In this document: positions 35,111 through 44,210 of the stretch, piece after piece
Numbering within the stretch: position 1 is the stretch's first letter
Layout: every line of letters starts with the position of its first letter
Source of the DNA: Escherichia virus TH15
Sequence record: MT446392.1
DNA length: 64,000 nt
Strand: one strand, 5' to 3'
Program-made: the position numbers and the translations under genes
The notes under the pieces: generated by a model
Told to the model about the DNA's origin: nothing
Database searches by the model: none
Seen by the model: only the letters and a program-made list of their open reading frames with translations

Positions 35111-36779
35111 GCTAAAGAAAGTTATCTATAAAAATATCATGTCAGTTGGAGCGCAAGCAATTACGGTTCAACTTGATAAAGTCCAGAAAACTCTGGTGAC
35201 CGGTAAGAACGGTGCAGGTAAATCAACCTTCCTTGAAGCCGTTACATTTGCATTGTTTGGTAAGCCTTTTCGTGATGTTAAGAAAGGGCAGTTGATTAAC
35301 TCGAGCAACAAAAAAGATATGCTCGTTGAATTGTGGATGGAATATGATGGAAAAGAATACTATATCAAGCGTGGGCAAAAACCCAATGTTTTTGAAATCT
35401 CTTGTGGCGGTGAACGTCTTGATGAATCTGCCAGCAGTAAAGACTTCCAAGCAGAATTTGAACAGCTTATCGGAATGTCATACGCCAGTTTCAAACAGAT
35501 TGTCGTGCTCGGCACAGCTGGATATACCCCTTTCATGGGCCTATCCACTCCTGCAAGAAGAAAACTTGTCGAAGACCTGTTAGAGGTTTCTGTACTGGCG
35601 GATATGGATAAGCTGAACAAATCTCTTATCCGTGAAGTCAACAGTCAAATCCAGGTGATTGATGTTCAGCATGATGGTGTTGTGCAACAGATTAAAATCT
35701 ACCAGGACAACGTTGAAAAGCAGAAAAAATTATCAGGTGATAATCTGCTGCGGTTGCAAACGATGTATGATGATTTGGCTTCAGAAGCTCGTGATATCAA
35801 ATCAACGATTGATGAAGCAACGACAAGATTGACCGAGATTATTTTGGGCGAAGACCCTGAACAGGAACTGACGAAAGTCAAGCAAGAATCGTTCCTGATT
35901 AAATCGAAAATCGATAGCTTCCGTAAAGTAATCGGTTTGTACGAGAAAGGCGGTTGTTGCCAAACGTGTTTGAGTCAATTGTCGCCAGGAGACTCCATAG
36001 TCCCCAGGATTGAGACAAAGATTGAAGAGTATAATCGTGAGTCTGATAGCCATAAAGCTCTCCAGGCCTCCATTCAGGAGCGATTTGATGCGTACGCTGA
36101 AGCAAGACAAAACCAACGTACAATAGCTCAAGAGATTCAAACTAAGAAACAAACATTAATCCAGACTGTGGATAAAGCTAAAAAGGTTAAGACGTTAATT
36201 GAACAAGCTAAGTCTGAATTCATTGACCATGCCGATGATATTAAAACGCTTCAAGACCAGCTTGATAAAATAGTCAAACAGAAATCTGACCTTGTTATGG
36301 AAAAATATCAACGTGGTATCTTAACTGATATGTTGAAAGATTCTGGAATCAAAGGCGCGATTATTAAGAAATATATTCCTATCTTTAATAAGCAAATTAA
36401 TGCTTATCTGAAAGTTATGGAAGCTGATTATAGTTTTACGCTTGATGAAGAATTCAACGAAACAATTAAATCTCGTGGGCGTGAAGACTTTAGCTATGCA
36501 TCATTTAGCCAGGGTGAAAAAGCTCGTATCGATATTGCATTGTTGTTTACATGGCGTGATATTGCTGCGAAAGTATCTGGTGTGCAAATTAGTACGTTGA
36601 TTCTGGATGAGGTCATGGATTCAGCCACTGACGCCGAAGGCATCAAAGCTATCCAGGCAATTATCAATAAATTAGAAGGTCAAAACGTGTTTATCATTAG
36701 CCATCGTGAACACGACCCAGAAGCATATGGGCAGCATCTTCAAATGAAAAAAGTTGGTCGATTTACTGTTCTGGAATGA
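35097..36779 (+). CDS. 46: recombination endonuclease subunit gp46 (Rad50-like ATPase)
   Basis: Walker A GKNGAGKST, coiled coil with CxxC hook, C-terminal signature/Walker B; ATG 35097. Confidence 0.9.
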   Translation: MKTFKLKKVIYKNIMSVGAQAITVQLDKVQKTLVTGKNGAGKSTFLEAVTFALFGKPFRDVKKGQLINSSNKKDMLVELWMEYDGKEYYIKRGQKPNVFEISCGGERLDESASSKDFQAEFEQLIGMSYASFKQIVVLGTAGYTPFMGLSTPARRKLVEDLLEVSVLADMDKLNKSLIREVNSQIQVIDVQHDGVVQQIKIYQDNVEKQKKLSGDNLLRLQTMYDDLASEARDIKSTIDEATTRLTEIILGEDPEQELTKVKQESFLIKSKIDSFRKVIGLYEKGGCCQTCLSQLSPGDSIVPRIETKIEEYNRESDSHKALQASIQERFDAYAEARQNQRTIAQEIQTKKQTLIQTVDKAKKVKTLIEQAKSEFIDHADDIKTLQDQLDKIVKQKSDLVMEKYQRGILTDMLKDSGIKGAIIKKYIPIFNKQINAYLKVMEADYSFTLDEEFNETIKSRGREDFSYASFSQGEKARIDIALLFTWRDIAAKVSGVQISTLILDEVMDSATDAEGIKAIQAIINKLEGQNVFIISHREHDPEAYGQHLQMKKVGRFTVLE

Positions 36780-36802
36780 GCCTCTTATTGAGGCTTCATT
36801 TT
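36779..36802. terminator. bidirectional terminator hairpin between convergent genes
   Basis: Stem GAGCCTC/GAGGCT(T)C with T-rich flank. Confidence 0.5.
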
Positions 36803-37501
36803 GCAGTTATCAAAATGCCAACGTTTCATATTAGCTGGTGTACCGACTACATTACAGTGTGGACACTGAATTTTGGGGTCCACCTTTTTCTTCCGGTTTG
36901 GATTGGATTTGCAGAATTGTCGGTGAGTGGATATAACACACTTTTTACCTTCAATACCACAAAATTCACAAGTTAAAATTTCATGTTTAGCTTGTTTTAA
37001 TCCTACTGAAATTTTTTGCTTTCGTTCTTCTGAAATAGTATGAACAACCTTGTTTGGACCTTTGGAACAGTTATCAAAATGCCAACGATTCATATTGCCA
37101 ACGAGACCGGTTTTTCCACAATGTGGACATTCAACTCTCGGTTTTAATTTGGCAGATTCTGACATTTTCTTTCTGGTTTCATCGGAGAAAATTTTATTTT
37201 GTTGAGCTTCCAAGTTTTTACGACGAAGCCATCCAAATAATTTGTTTTTGCTTCTGTCGGTGTTTGGTGCAGAAACTGTCATCATGCGTGCGGCATAGAC
37301 CAAAGAAGCATTATTTGGATGCATTTTGACCAACAGTTGATGACAAACGAAATGTTCCTCGGGAGTTAAATCAACAAGATTTGAAGCGTCGTCTGCCCCA
37401 CCCATACAACGGGGTATAATGTGATGACTTTCAGAGTATGTGGTTAATTTGCGATTCAATGCTCTGCTAATAAGCTTTTGGTAAATGATGTTATAATTCA
37501 T
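36785..37501 (-). CDS. HNH homing endonuclease with zinc-finger repeats
   Basis: SESHHIIPRCMGGADDASNLVDLTPEEHFVCH plus repeated CPHC...WHFDNC; start at internal ATG with AAGGG SD. Confidence 0.7.
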   Translation of the reverse strand: MNYNIIYQKLISRALNRKLTTYSESHHIIPRCMGGADDASNLVDLTPEEHFVCHQLLVKMHPNNASLVYAARMMTVSAPNTDRSKNKLFGWLRRKNLEAQQNKIFSDETRKKMSESAKLKPRVECPHCGKTGLVGNMNRWHFDNCSKGPNKVVHTISEERKQKISVGLKQAKHEILTCEFCGIEGKKCVISTHRQFCKSNPNRKKKVDPKIQCPHCNVVGTPANMKRWHFDNCKMKPQ

Positions 37502-37541
37502 ATCAGACCCTTGTTTGATACTGCAACGGATAATATTATTT

Positions 37542-37733
37542 ATGAGCAATTTTTTAACCGGGCAGCATTTACTGGCTGTCCCCGAAATTAAACGATATGT
37601 GTTAGTTAATACCTTTTCGAAAGATGAACACCTAGTTACTGAACGTGACTTACAAAACGCTTTCGGTGAAGAATATGTTAAAATAATCGCGAACAGACAC
37701 AAAGCCTGGTTCGCATATGAATACTTTGATTAA
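37542..37733 (+). CDS. hypothetical protein (uncertain)
   Basis: 63-aa ORF in divergent intergenic region; weak SD. Confidence 0.3.
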   Translation: MSNFLTGQHLLAVPEIKRYVLVNTFSKDEHLVTERDLQNAFGEEYVKIIANRHKAWFAYEYFD

Positions 37734-37756
37734 TTGAATTGAATAGAGAGAATATT

Positions 37757-38164
37757 ATGAACAACGTAACTGCTAAAGATATCCAAGTTAAAACCATCCG
37801 CACCGACGCTAACCCACATAACCAAAACCGCATCCGTAAATCCTGGGTCCTGGCATGTGATGAAGTATCTGCCACCCGTCTGAAATCACTTCCTCAAGAA
37901 GTTAAATTTATGTTGTATGGTGTTATTGATACTGATGTATCTGATAAGTGGATTGAACTGATGCAACGTCATTACACCGAATCTCTGGCAGCTGGTGCTA
38001 AACTGGTTATCGACCGTGACGGCTCCGAACGTCTAGAAGATGATTACTGTGTTGACTTCGATGACCACCTGGTCCAAGCTGGTTCTATTATTGCTGCGCA
38101 ACTTCCAGAGTATATTGAATCTCTTCCGGAAGCTATCCGCAAACAAATGGCAGTTGTTGCGTGA
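37757..38164 (+). CDS. rpbA: RNA polymerase-binding protein RpbA-like
   Basis: Position between 46 and 45 as in T4, similar size; not sequence-verified. Confidence 0.45.
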   Translation: MNNVTAKDIQVKTIRTDANPHNQNRIRKSWVLACDEVSATRLKSLPQEVKFMLYGVIDTDVSDKWIELMQRHYTESLAAGAKLVIDRDGSERLEDDYCVDFDDHLVQAGSIIAAQLPEYIESLPEAIRKQMAVVA

Positions 38165-39048
38165 ATTTGATTTATAAAATAACCTTTATAACAAGGGAAC
38201 AAAATAACGAATTCCCTTGTTATTATATTGGTTCAAAGGTTGATGCGACATTTAACGGTCAAAATATTCTCGACAAAAATAATAAAATTTATACAGGTTC
38301 TCCGAATTCAAAATACACTAAGCTGTATAATGAATTGATTGATAGAGGTGACTATATTGTTACTATCATTGGAGAAACAAAGCAGGACCCAAGAAAAATA
38401 GAAAATATTTTTCAAATGTCAGTTAAAGCTGTAACCAATGAGAAGTACTTTAATAAAACGTATGCTCACGACCAAAGCCGGTATGATGCTCCTGGATATG
38501 CTCCATACCGAAACTTGAAAACAGGTAAAGTCGTTAAATTGCATCCATCTGAACTTACATCTGATTATGTTGGTGTTCGTAAAGACTGCTCAATTTCGGA
38601 TAAGCACATTCAAGCAATTAAAGACTTTCAAAAAGAATATTGGACTGCCGAAGCTCGACAAGCAAGGTCTATTGAAGTCAAAAATCGTTATAAAGATGCC
38701 GAGTATGCTTTAAAATTCAAAGTTATAATGAATACATCTGAAGTATACGAAAAATATTTAAAATCAATTACTGAATATTGGAATAATTCAGATAATAGAA
38801 TAAAGGCTTCAAAACGAGCAACTGAAAGAAATGCTAGTCCTGAGTTTAAAGAAAAATTTAGGAAATCCAAAGCAAGGGGAACCTGGTTGCAGTATGAAGA
38901 TGAACTTAAAACATTGTGGAATGCTTTAGGTCAACCGGGGTATATTAAGTTTAGAAAACACGCCATTGAACATGGGTTTAATGATGAAAATTATCAGGGT
39001 GCAATCCGGTCCTGGTCAAATTATTATGTTAATAGGAAAATGAAATGA
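38161..39048 (+). CDS. GIY-YIG homing endonuclease-like protein
   Basis: N-terminal IYKITFITREQNNEFPCYYIGS motif; GTG/TTG start; inserted between rpbA and 45. Confidence 0.65.
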   Translation: MNLIYKITFITREQNNEFPCYYIGSKVDATFNGQNILDKNNKIYTGSPNSKYTKLYNELIDRGDYIVTIIGETKQDPRKIENIFQMSVKAVTNEKYFNKTYAHDQSRYDAPGYAPYRNLKTGKVVKLHPSELTSDYVGVRKDCSISDKHIQAIKDFQKEYWTAEARQARSIEVKNRYKDAEYALKFKVIMNTSEVYEKYLKSITEYWNNSDNRIKASKRATERNASPEFKEKFRKSKARGTWLQYEDELKTLWNALGQPGYIKFRKHAIEHGFNDENYQGAIRSWSNYYVNRKMK

Positions 39049-39740
39049 AATTTAGTCGTGACACCATCGCAGTTCTGAAAAACTTCACCTCCATCTACTC
39101 TGGCATTATGCTTAAGCCGGGTAATACCATCTTGACTCGTTCCGTAACTGGAGCGTCATATGGCGAAGCCGAAATCAATGATACAATTGACTTTGAAGCT
39201 GCGATTTATGACCTGAACGGCTTCTTAAGTATCCTGGGCCTGGTAACTGACCAAGCTGAAGTATCTCTAGCTGAAGACGCATCAAACATCATTATCAAAG
39301 ACCAACGTTCAACGATTCACTGGCCTGCAGCAGACCCGAGCACTATCGTGTTCCCTGCTAAGAAGATTCCTTTCCCGGTAGCTAAGGTTATCTTCGACCT
39401 GAAAGGCAGTGACCTGCAGCAGCTTCTGCGTGTGGCTGGTGGTTTGTCTCTGGATACTTTTGCAATCACCAACAAAGACGGTAAGATTGTTATCCATGGT
39501 TATAACCAGCTCGAAGATAAAGAATTAGCGCGTCCATTGTATTCCCTGGTGTGTGGTGATTACGAAGGTGATGCAGCGTTTAAATTTATCATTAACAAAC
39601 TGAACATGAAAATGATTCCGGCTGATTACCGTGTTATGCTTTGGGCGAAAGATGATAAATTTGCTACGAAGTTTGAAGGCACACAAGCAAGTTATGTGAT
39701 TGCAATGGAACAAGGCTCTAGCCACGAATTCCAAGATTAA
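39045..39740 (+). CDS. 45: sliding clamp gp45
   Basis: 231 aa; extensive match to T4 gp45 (IHWPAADPST, FIINKLNMKM, LWAK). Confidence 0.95.
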   Translation: MKFSRDTIAVLKNFTSIYSGIMLKPGNTILTRSVTGASYGEAEINDTIDFEAAIYDLNGFLSILGLVTDQAEVSLAEDASNIIIKDQRSTIHWPAADPSTIVFPAKKIPFPVAKVIFDLKGSDLQQLLRVAGGLSLDTFAITNKDGKIVIHGYNQLEDKELARPLYSLVCGDYEGDAAFKFIINKLNMKMIPADYRVMLWAKDDKFATKFEGTQASYVIAMEQGSSHEFQD

Positions 39741-39743
39741 TAA

Positions 39744-39761
39744 ATGGGGCTTCGGCCCCAT
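39744..39761 (+). terminator. GC hairpin with UUCG loop
   Basis: Stem ATGGGGC/GCCCCAT; no T-run. Confidence 0.4.
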
Positions 39762-39794
39762 GGAGTATTGAGTAGAAACTAATGAGGAAAATAT

Positions 39795-40754
39795 ATGTTA
39801 ACGGTTAATGACAAAGAATTCATGTGGGAACAAAAATACCGCCCAGGTACATTATCAGAGTGTATTCTGCCGGCTCATGATAAAGAAACATTAGAGGCGA
39901 TTGTTAAAAAAGGTTTGATTCCTAACTTGATTCTGGTCAGTAGTTCCCCTGGTACTGGTAAGACAACAGTTGCGAAAGCTATGTGCGCGGATACGAATTC
40001 TGATATGCTGTTTGTTAACGGCTCCGATTGCCGAATTGACTTTGTGCGTAATGAATTGACTCGCTTTGCATCATCCAAATCAATCGAAGGACGCCGTAAG
40101 GTAATCGTGATTGACGAGTTCGACCGCGCGGGTCTGGCGGAATCCCAGCGACACCTCCGTAGTTTCATGGAAGCTTATTCAAGCAACTGTTCTATCATTA
40201 TGACCGCGAACAACATCGATGGTATCATCACTCCATTGCAGTCCCGTTGTCGTGTGATTAAATTCGGTGAGTCAACCGATGAAGACCGCACCTCCATGCT
40301 TAAGCAGATGATTCATCGTTCAGTGGCTATCTGTAAGAACGAAGGTGTTGAAATCGAAGACCTGAAAGTTGTTGCTGCCCTGGTTAAGCATAACTTCCCG
40401 GACTTGCGTAAGACAATTAACGAGCTTGACCGTTACTCTGCGAAGGGTGTTATCGATTCTGGTATCTTAAGTATCGTGACAAATAATCGCACTCCAATCG
40501 ATGATGTGATTGATGCCCTTAAAGACCGTAACTTTAAAGTTCTTCGTGGTCTGGCACCGAAATTTGCAAACGATTATTCAAACTTCATTGCCAAGCTCGC
40601 TGATGAAATGTATGGCAAACTGACTGGTGCAAGCATCATCCGTATGTATGAAATTGTGGGTGAGAACAATCAGTATCACGGGCTGGCAGCGAACACCGAA
40701 GTTCACCTGACCTACTTGTTTGCTCAACTGGCTGGGGAAATGAAATGGCTGTAA
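39795..40754 (+). CDS. 44: clamp loader large subunit gp44
   Basis: AAA+ Walker A SPGTGKTT, Walker B VIVIDEFD, SRC motif. Confidence 0.95.
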   Translation: MLTVNDKEFMWEQKYRPGTLSECILPAHDKETLEAIVKKGLIPNLILVSSSPGTGKTTVAKAMCADTNSDMLFVNGSDCRIDFVRNELTRFASSKSIEGRRKVIVIDEFDRAGLAESQRHLRSFMEAYSSNCSIIMTANNIDGIITPLQSRCRVIKFGESTDEDRTSMLKQMIHRSVAICKNEGVEIEDLKVVAALVKHNFPDLRKTINELDRYSAKGVIDSGILSIVTNNRTPIDDVIDALKDRNFKVLRGLAPKFANDYSNFIAKLADEMYGKLTGASIIRMYEIVGENNQYHGLAANTEVHLTYLFAQLAGEMKWL

Positions 40755-41323
40755 GTCTCTTTGATGATGACGTTCAATTAAACGAACATGAGGTTGCGTG
40801 GAAATCACGCGACTTTAACAAAATTCAGGAATTGTCTGATTCATACAAAGAGAAAGCCGAAAATGAATTGTTTGCGATTCTTAATGATGTCACCGTGAGT
40901 AAAAAGCCTCGGTGTCTGATTCAATCGGAAAACTATAATAAATTTTGGTTGGACAATGCCCTGAGCCAACATGTTGATTGTATTATGCAGGTCAATGTGA
41001 TGAACTTAATCGGGGCCGGGTTAACAGACCAGCAGCATTACAATTATCTGTTGCATGCAGTTCCACAAGGCAAGCGTTATGGCAAATGGGCGAAGGCTGA
41101 GCCGGATGTAGTCAGCGTCCAGCTTGTGTTAAAGCTTTTAATGAAATATTATACAATTAATGCAGATGATGCTTTGATGTATATGGAAACATTGAAAGTC
41201 AAAGGTAGTCTTAAAGATGTTTTGAAAAAGACAAAGGGTCTGGTGACGGATGAATTCTTAAAGACCGTTACCAGTAATGTGAAAGAACAAAAAGAAATTA
41301 AAAAACAAATATTGGAATGGTAA
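40745..41323 (+). CDS. 62: clamp loader small subunit gp62
   Basis: 192 aa directly after 44 with overlap; T4 synteny. Confidence 0.85.
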   Translation: MAVSLFDDDVQLNEHEVAWKSRDFNKIQELSDSYKEKAENELFAILNDVTVSKKPRCLIQSENYNKFWLDNALSQHVDCIMQVNVMNLIGAGLTDQQHYNYLLHAVPQGKRYGKWAKAEPDVVSVQLVLKLLMKYYTINADDALMYMETLKVKGSLKDVLKKTKGLVTDEFLKTVTSNVKEQKEIKKQILEW

Positions 41324-41324
41324 A

Positions 41325-41693
41325 ATGATTGAAATTACATTAAAGCAACCTGAAGACTTCCTGAAAGTTAAAGAAACTCTGACCCGTATGGGCATCGCAA
41401 ATAATAAAGACCGTGTGCTGTACCAGAGCTGTCACATCCTCCAAAAGCAAGGTCGTTACTATATTGTTCACTTCAAAGAAATGCTGCGCATGGATGGCCG
41501 CCAGGTGGATATTGATGGCGAAGACTATCAGCGCCGTGATTCCATCGCTCAACTGCTCGAAGACTGGGGCTTAATCGCTATCAAAGAAGAAGAGCATAAT
41601 GAATTGTTCGCAGTAACAAATAACTTCCGTGTTATCTCATTCAAACAAAAAGACGACTGGAAGCTCGTGGCCAAATATACAATTGGAAATTAA
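41325..41693 (+). CDS. regA: translational repressor RegA
   Basis: MIEITLKQPEDFLKVKETLTRMGIANNKD... near-identical to T4 RegA. Confidence 0.9.
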   Translation: MIEITLKQPEDFLKVKETLTRMGIANNKDRVLYQSCHILQKQGRYYIVHFKEMLRMDGRQVDIDGEDYQRRDSIAQLLEDWGLIAIKEEEHNELFAVTNNFRVISFKQKDDWKLVAKYTIGN

Positions 41694-41694
41694 T

Positions 41695-41913
41695 ATGAAT
41701 ACTGAAATTAAACAAGAATTGATGAATGACATTAAAGTTGCTTATGGATTGACTGAAGACCAGACCGTATTTGACCTTGATGAAGATTTACAGCTAGAAT
41801 TCCAAAAAGAATTTGAAAGGGCTGTTAATCCAAACTGCAAAGTTTTCCAAGCCGTTATTAAAACTATTACATCCGAAGGCGTAAGGTATACTCGTCATGC
41901 GGTAGAAATTTAA
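41695..41913 (+). CDS. hypothetical protein
   Basis: ATG 41695 overlapping regA stop. Confidence 0.5.
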   Translation: MNTEIKQELMNDIKVAYGLTEDQTVFDLDEDLQLEFQKEFERAVNPNCKVFQAVIKTITSEGVRYTRHAVEI

Positions 41914-41916
41914 AGC

Positions 41917-41937
41917 AAAGGGACTTCGGTCCCTTTT
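41917..41937 (+). terminator. rho-independent terminator
   Basis: Stem AAAGGGAC/GTCCCTTT loop TTCG. Confidence 0.6.
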
Positions 41938-41998
41938 GTAGTATAATAGCGTCAAGTCATAAAACAAAAGTCAATCACTCGACTATAAAGGAAACCAA

Positions 41999-43522
41999 AT
42001 GCAAGAATTTTATTTAACTATCGAACAAATCGGTGACAACCTGCTCGAACGGTACATTGACAAGAATGGTCATGAACGTGTTCGTGAAATCCCTTATGCT
42101 CCATGCTTGTTTATGCATGCTCGCGAAGACCAGGCTGCAAAGTATACAGACATCTATAATAAAGGTTGTGTGAAAAAAGAATTCGATTCCATGCGTGATG
42201 CATCCCAGTGGATGAAGCGCATGAACGATATGGGCCTCGAAGCTATGGGTATGGACGATTTCAAACTCGCGTACCTGAGCGACCGTTACCCACATGAAAT
42301 CAAATACGATTCAAGTAAAATCCGTGTGGCTAACTTCGATATCGAGGTGACATCTCCTGATGGGTTCCCTGAGCCGTCTGAAGCACGTCACCCTATCGAT
42401 GCCCTGACGCACTATGATTCGGTAGACGATAAATTCTATGTCTTTGACCTTTTGAGCTCGCCATACGCCACTGTGGAGCAATGGTCTATTGATATTGCTG
42501 CTAAGCTGCAGGAAGATGGCGGTGATGAAGTCCCCGAAGAAATCCTGGAAAAAATTGTTTATATGGCTTTCGATTCAGAAGAAGAAATGCTCCAGCAGTA
42601 TTTGGTATTCTGGAACGAGAAAACTCCGGTTATGTTAACTGGTTGGAACATCGAGAAATTTGATATTCCGTATATCTACAACCGCATTAAAAATGTATTT
42701 GGTGAAGCTACGGCCAAACGTCTGAGCCCACATCGTCGTACAAAAGTTAAAGTCATTAACAACGGCTTTGGTGAAGAACAAGAAATCATTCAGATTCTGG
42801 GTATCTCTGTTCTGGATTATCTGGACCTGTACAAAAAGTTCAGCTTCACAAACCAACCGTCTTACTCGTTGGACTATGTTGCGGAATCTGAGCTGGGTGT
42901 TGGTAAACTTCCGTATGATGGCCCGATTTCTAAATTACGTGAATCCAATCACCAGCGATACATCAGCTATAACATCATTGACGTTTATCGTGTTGTGCAG
43001 ATTGACCGTAAGCGACAGTTCATTAACCTGAGCCAATCGATGGGTTATTATGCAAAGATGCAGATTCAGTCTGTATTCAGCCCAATCAAAACTTGGGATG
43101 CGATTATCTTTAACAGTCTGAAGACTCAAAACAAGGTTATCCCTGAAACCAAATCACATGTTCGTCAATCGTTCCCTGGTGCATTTGTTAAGGAACCGAT
43201 TCCGAACGCATACAAATATGTAATGAGCTGTGACTTAACATCTCTGTATCCGAGCATCATCCGACAGATTAACATCAGTCCAGAAACGATTGCCGGGTCA
43301 TTTGCACCAGCCCAGATGCACGAATACATCGCAGGAACTGCTGACCGTCCATCTGATGCATTTAGTTGTGCGCCAAATGGTATGATGTATTTTAAAGATG
43401 TTGCGGGTATTATTCCGACAGAAGTTGAGAAAGTTTTTAATCAACGAAAAACCGAAAAGAAAAAGATGTTGGCGGCACAACGTAATAGTGAATTGATTAA
43501 AGAAATTTTACATGGAAAATAA
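41999..43522 (+). CDS. 43: DNA polymerase gp43, N-terminal fragment
   Basis: 507 aa: 3'-5' exonuclease region and pol motif A (DLTSLYPSII); ends where the endonuclease gene begins. Confidence 0.9.
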   Translation: MQEFYLTIEQIGDNLLERYIDKNGHERVREIPYAPCLFMHAREDQAAKYTDIYNKGCVKKEFDSMRDASQWMKRMNDMGLEAMGMDDFKLAYLSDRYPHEIKYDSSKIRVANFDIEVTSPDGFPEPSEARHPIDALTHYDSVDDKFYVFDLLSSPYATVEQWSIDIAAKLQEDGGDEVPEEILEKIVYMAFDSEEEMLQQYLVFWNEKTPVMLTGWNIEKFDIPYIYNRIKNVFGEATAKRLSPHRRTKVKVINNGFGEEQEIIQILGISVLDYLDLYKKFSFTNQPSYSLDYVAESELGVGKLPYDGPISKLRESNHQRYISYNIIDVYRVVQIDRKRQFINLSQSMGYYAKMQIQSVFSPIKTWDAIIFNSLKTQNKVIPETKSHVRQSFPGAFVKEPIPNAYKYVMSCDLTSLYPSIIRQINISPETIAGSFAPAQMHEYIAGTADRPSDAFSCAPNGMMYFKDVAGIIPTEVEKVFNQRKTEKKKMLAAQRNSELIKEILHGK

Positions 43523-44210
43523 ATTGCATTTTGTGTATAAAATTACAAATAACATTAATGGTAAAATTTACATCGGTGTTCACAGCACCGATGATATTAA
43601 TGATGGATATTTGGGCAAAGGTACTTTAATTCAGAAAGCTATTAAAAAATATGGGAAATCTAATTTTAAAAAGGAAATTTTGGAATTTTTCGAGGACCGC
43701 ACTTCAGCCTTTGACAAAGAGCGAGAGCTTGTAACCAGAGAATTTGTCAGTTTGACAACAAACTATAATTTAAAAACTGGCGGCGAAGGTGGTGCAATGT
43801 ATGGTAAAACCAATCCGATGTATGGTCGAACATATAGGAAGTCGGAATCAGAGAAGACCCAAATTTCGTTGCGATTTAAAAATGTTCCCAAAACCAACCA
43901 GCACAAACAAAACCTATCCAATTCATTACTCGGTAAACCCAGACCGGACATCGCTGAGAGACAGCGCGGATTGTTACCCTGGAATGTTAATTCTATTCGC
44001 AATAACAAAACCAGACTAAGAAAATTCGCCGACCTGGATATTATTTTCGATTATTGGTCTAGTCATAAATGTGGTGTTAAAGCATTAGCGAATTGGTATC
44101 AACTGGCGACGTATAATGAATTAGCATCCGTTATGCGATTCATTAAAAAGTATGGTGACCCGCGACTGAATGGTGATTGGAAAAAATTTAAGGCTGACTA
44201 TGAATATTGA
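43512..44210 (+). CDS. GIY-YIG homing endonuclease inserted in gene 43
   Basis: N-terminal HFVYKITNNINGKIYIGVHS GIY-YIG motif; overlaps both polymerase ORFs. Confidence 0.75.
   Translation: MENKLHFVYKITNNINGKIYIGVHSTDDINDGYLGKGTLIQKAIKKYGKSNFKKEILEFFEDRTSAFDKERELVTREFVSLTTNYNLKTGGEGGAMYGKTNPMYGRTYRKSESEKTQISLRFKNVPKTNQHKQNLSNSLLGKPRPDIAERQRGLLPWNVNSIRNNKTRLRKFADLDIIFDYWSSHKCGVKALANWYQLATYNELASVMRFIKKYGDPRLNGDWKKFKADYEY

Noticed and set aside
43522-44200. Group I intron or intein interrupting gene 43
   Set aside because: The endonuclease ORF directly overlaps both polymerase ORFs, leaving no room for intron core structure, and no intein splicing motifs are fused in frame; a split gene with free-standing endonuclease is the simpler reading, pending an RNA check.
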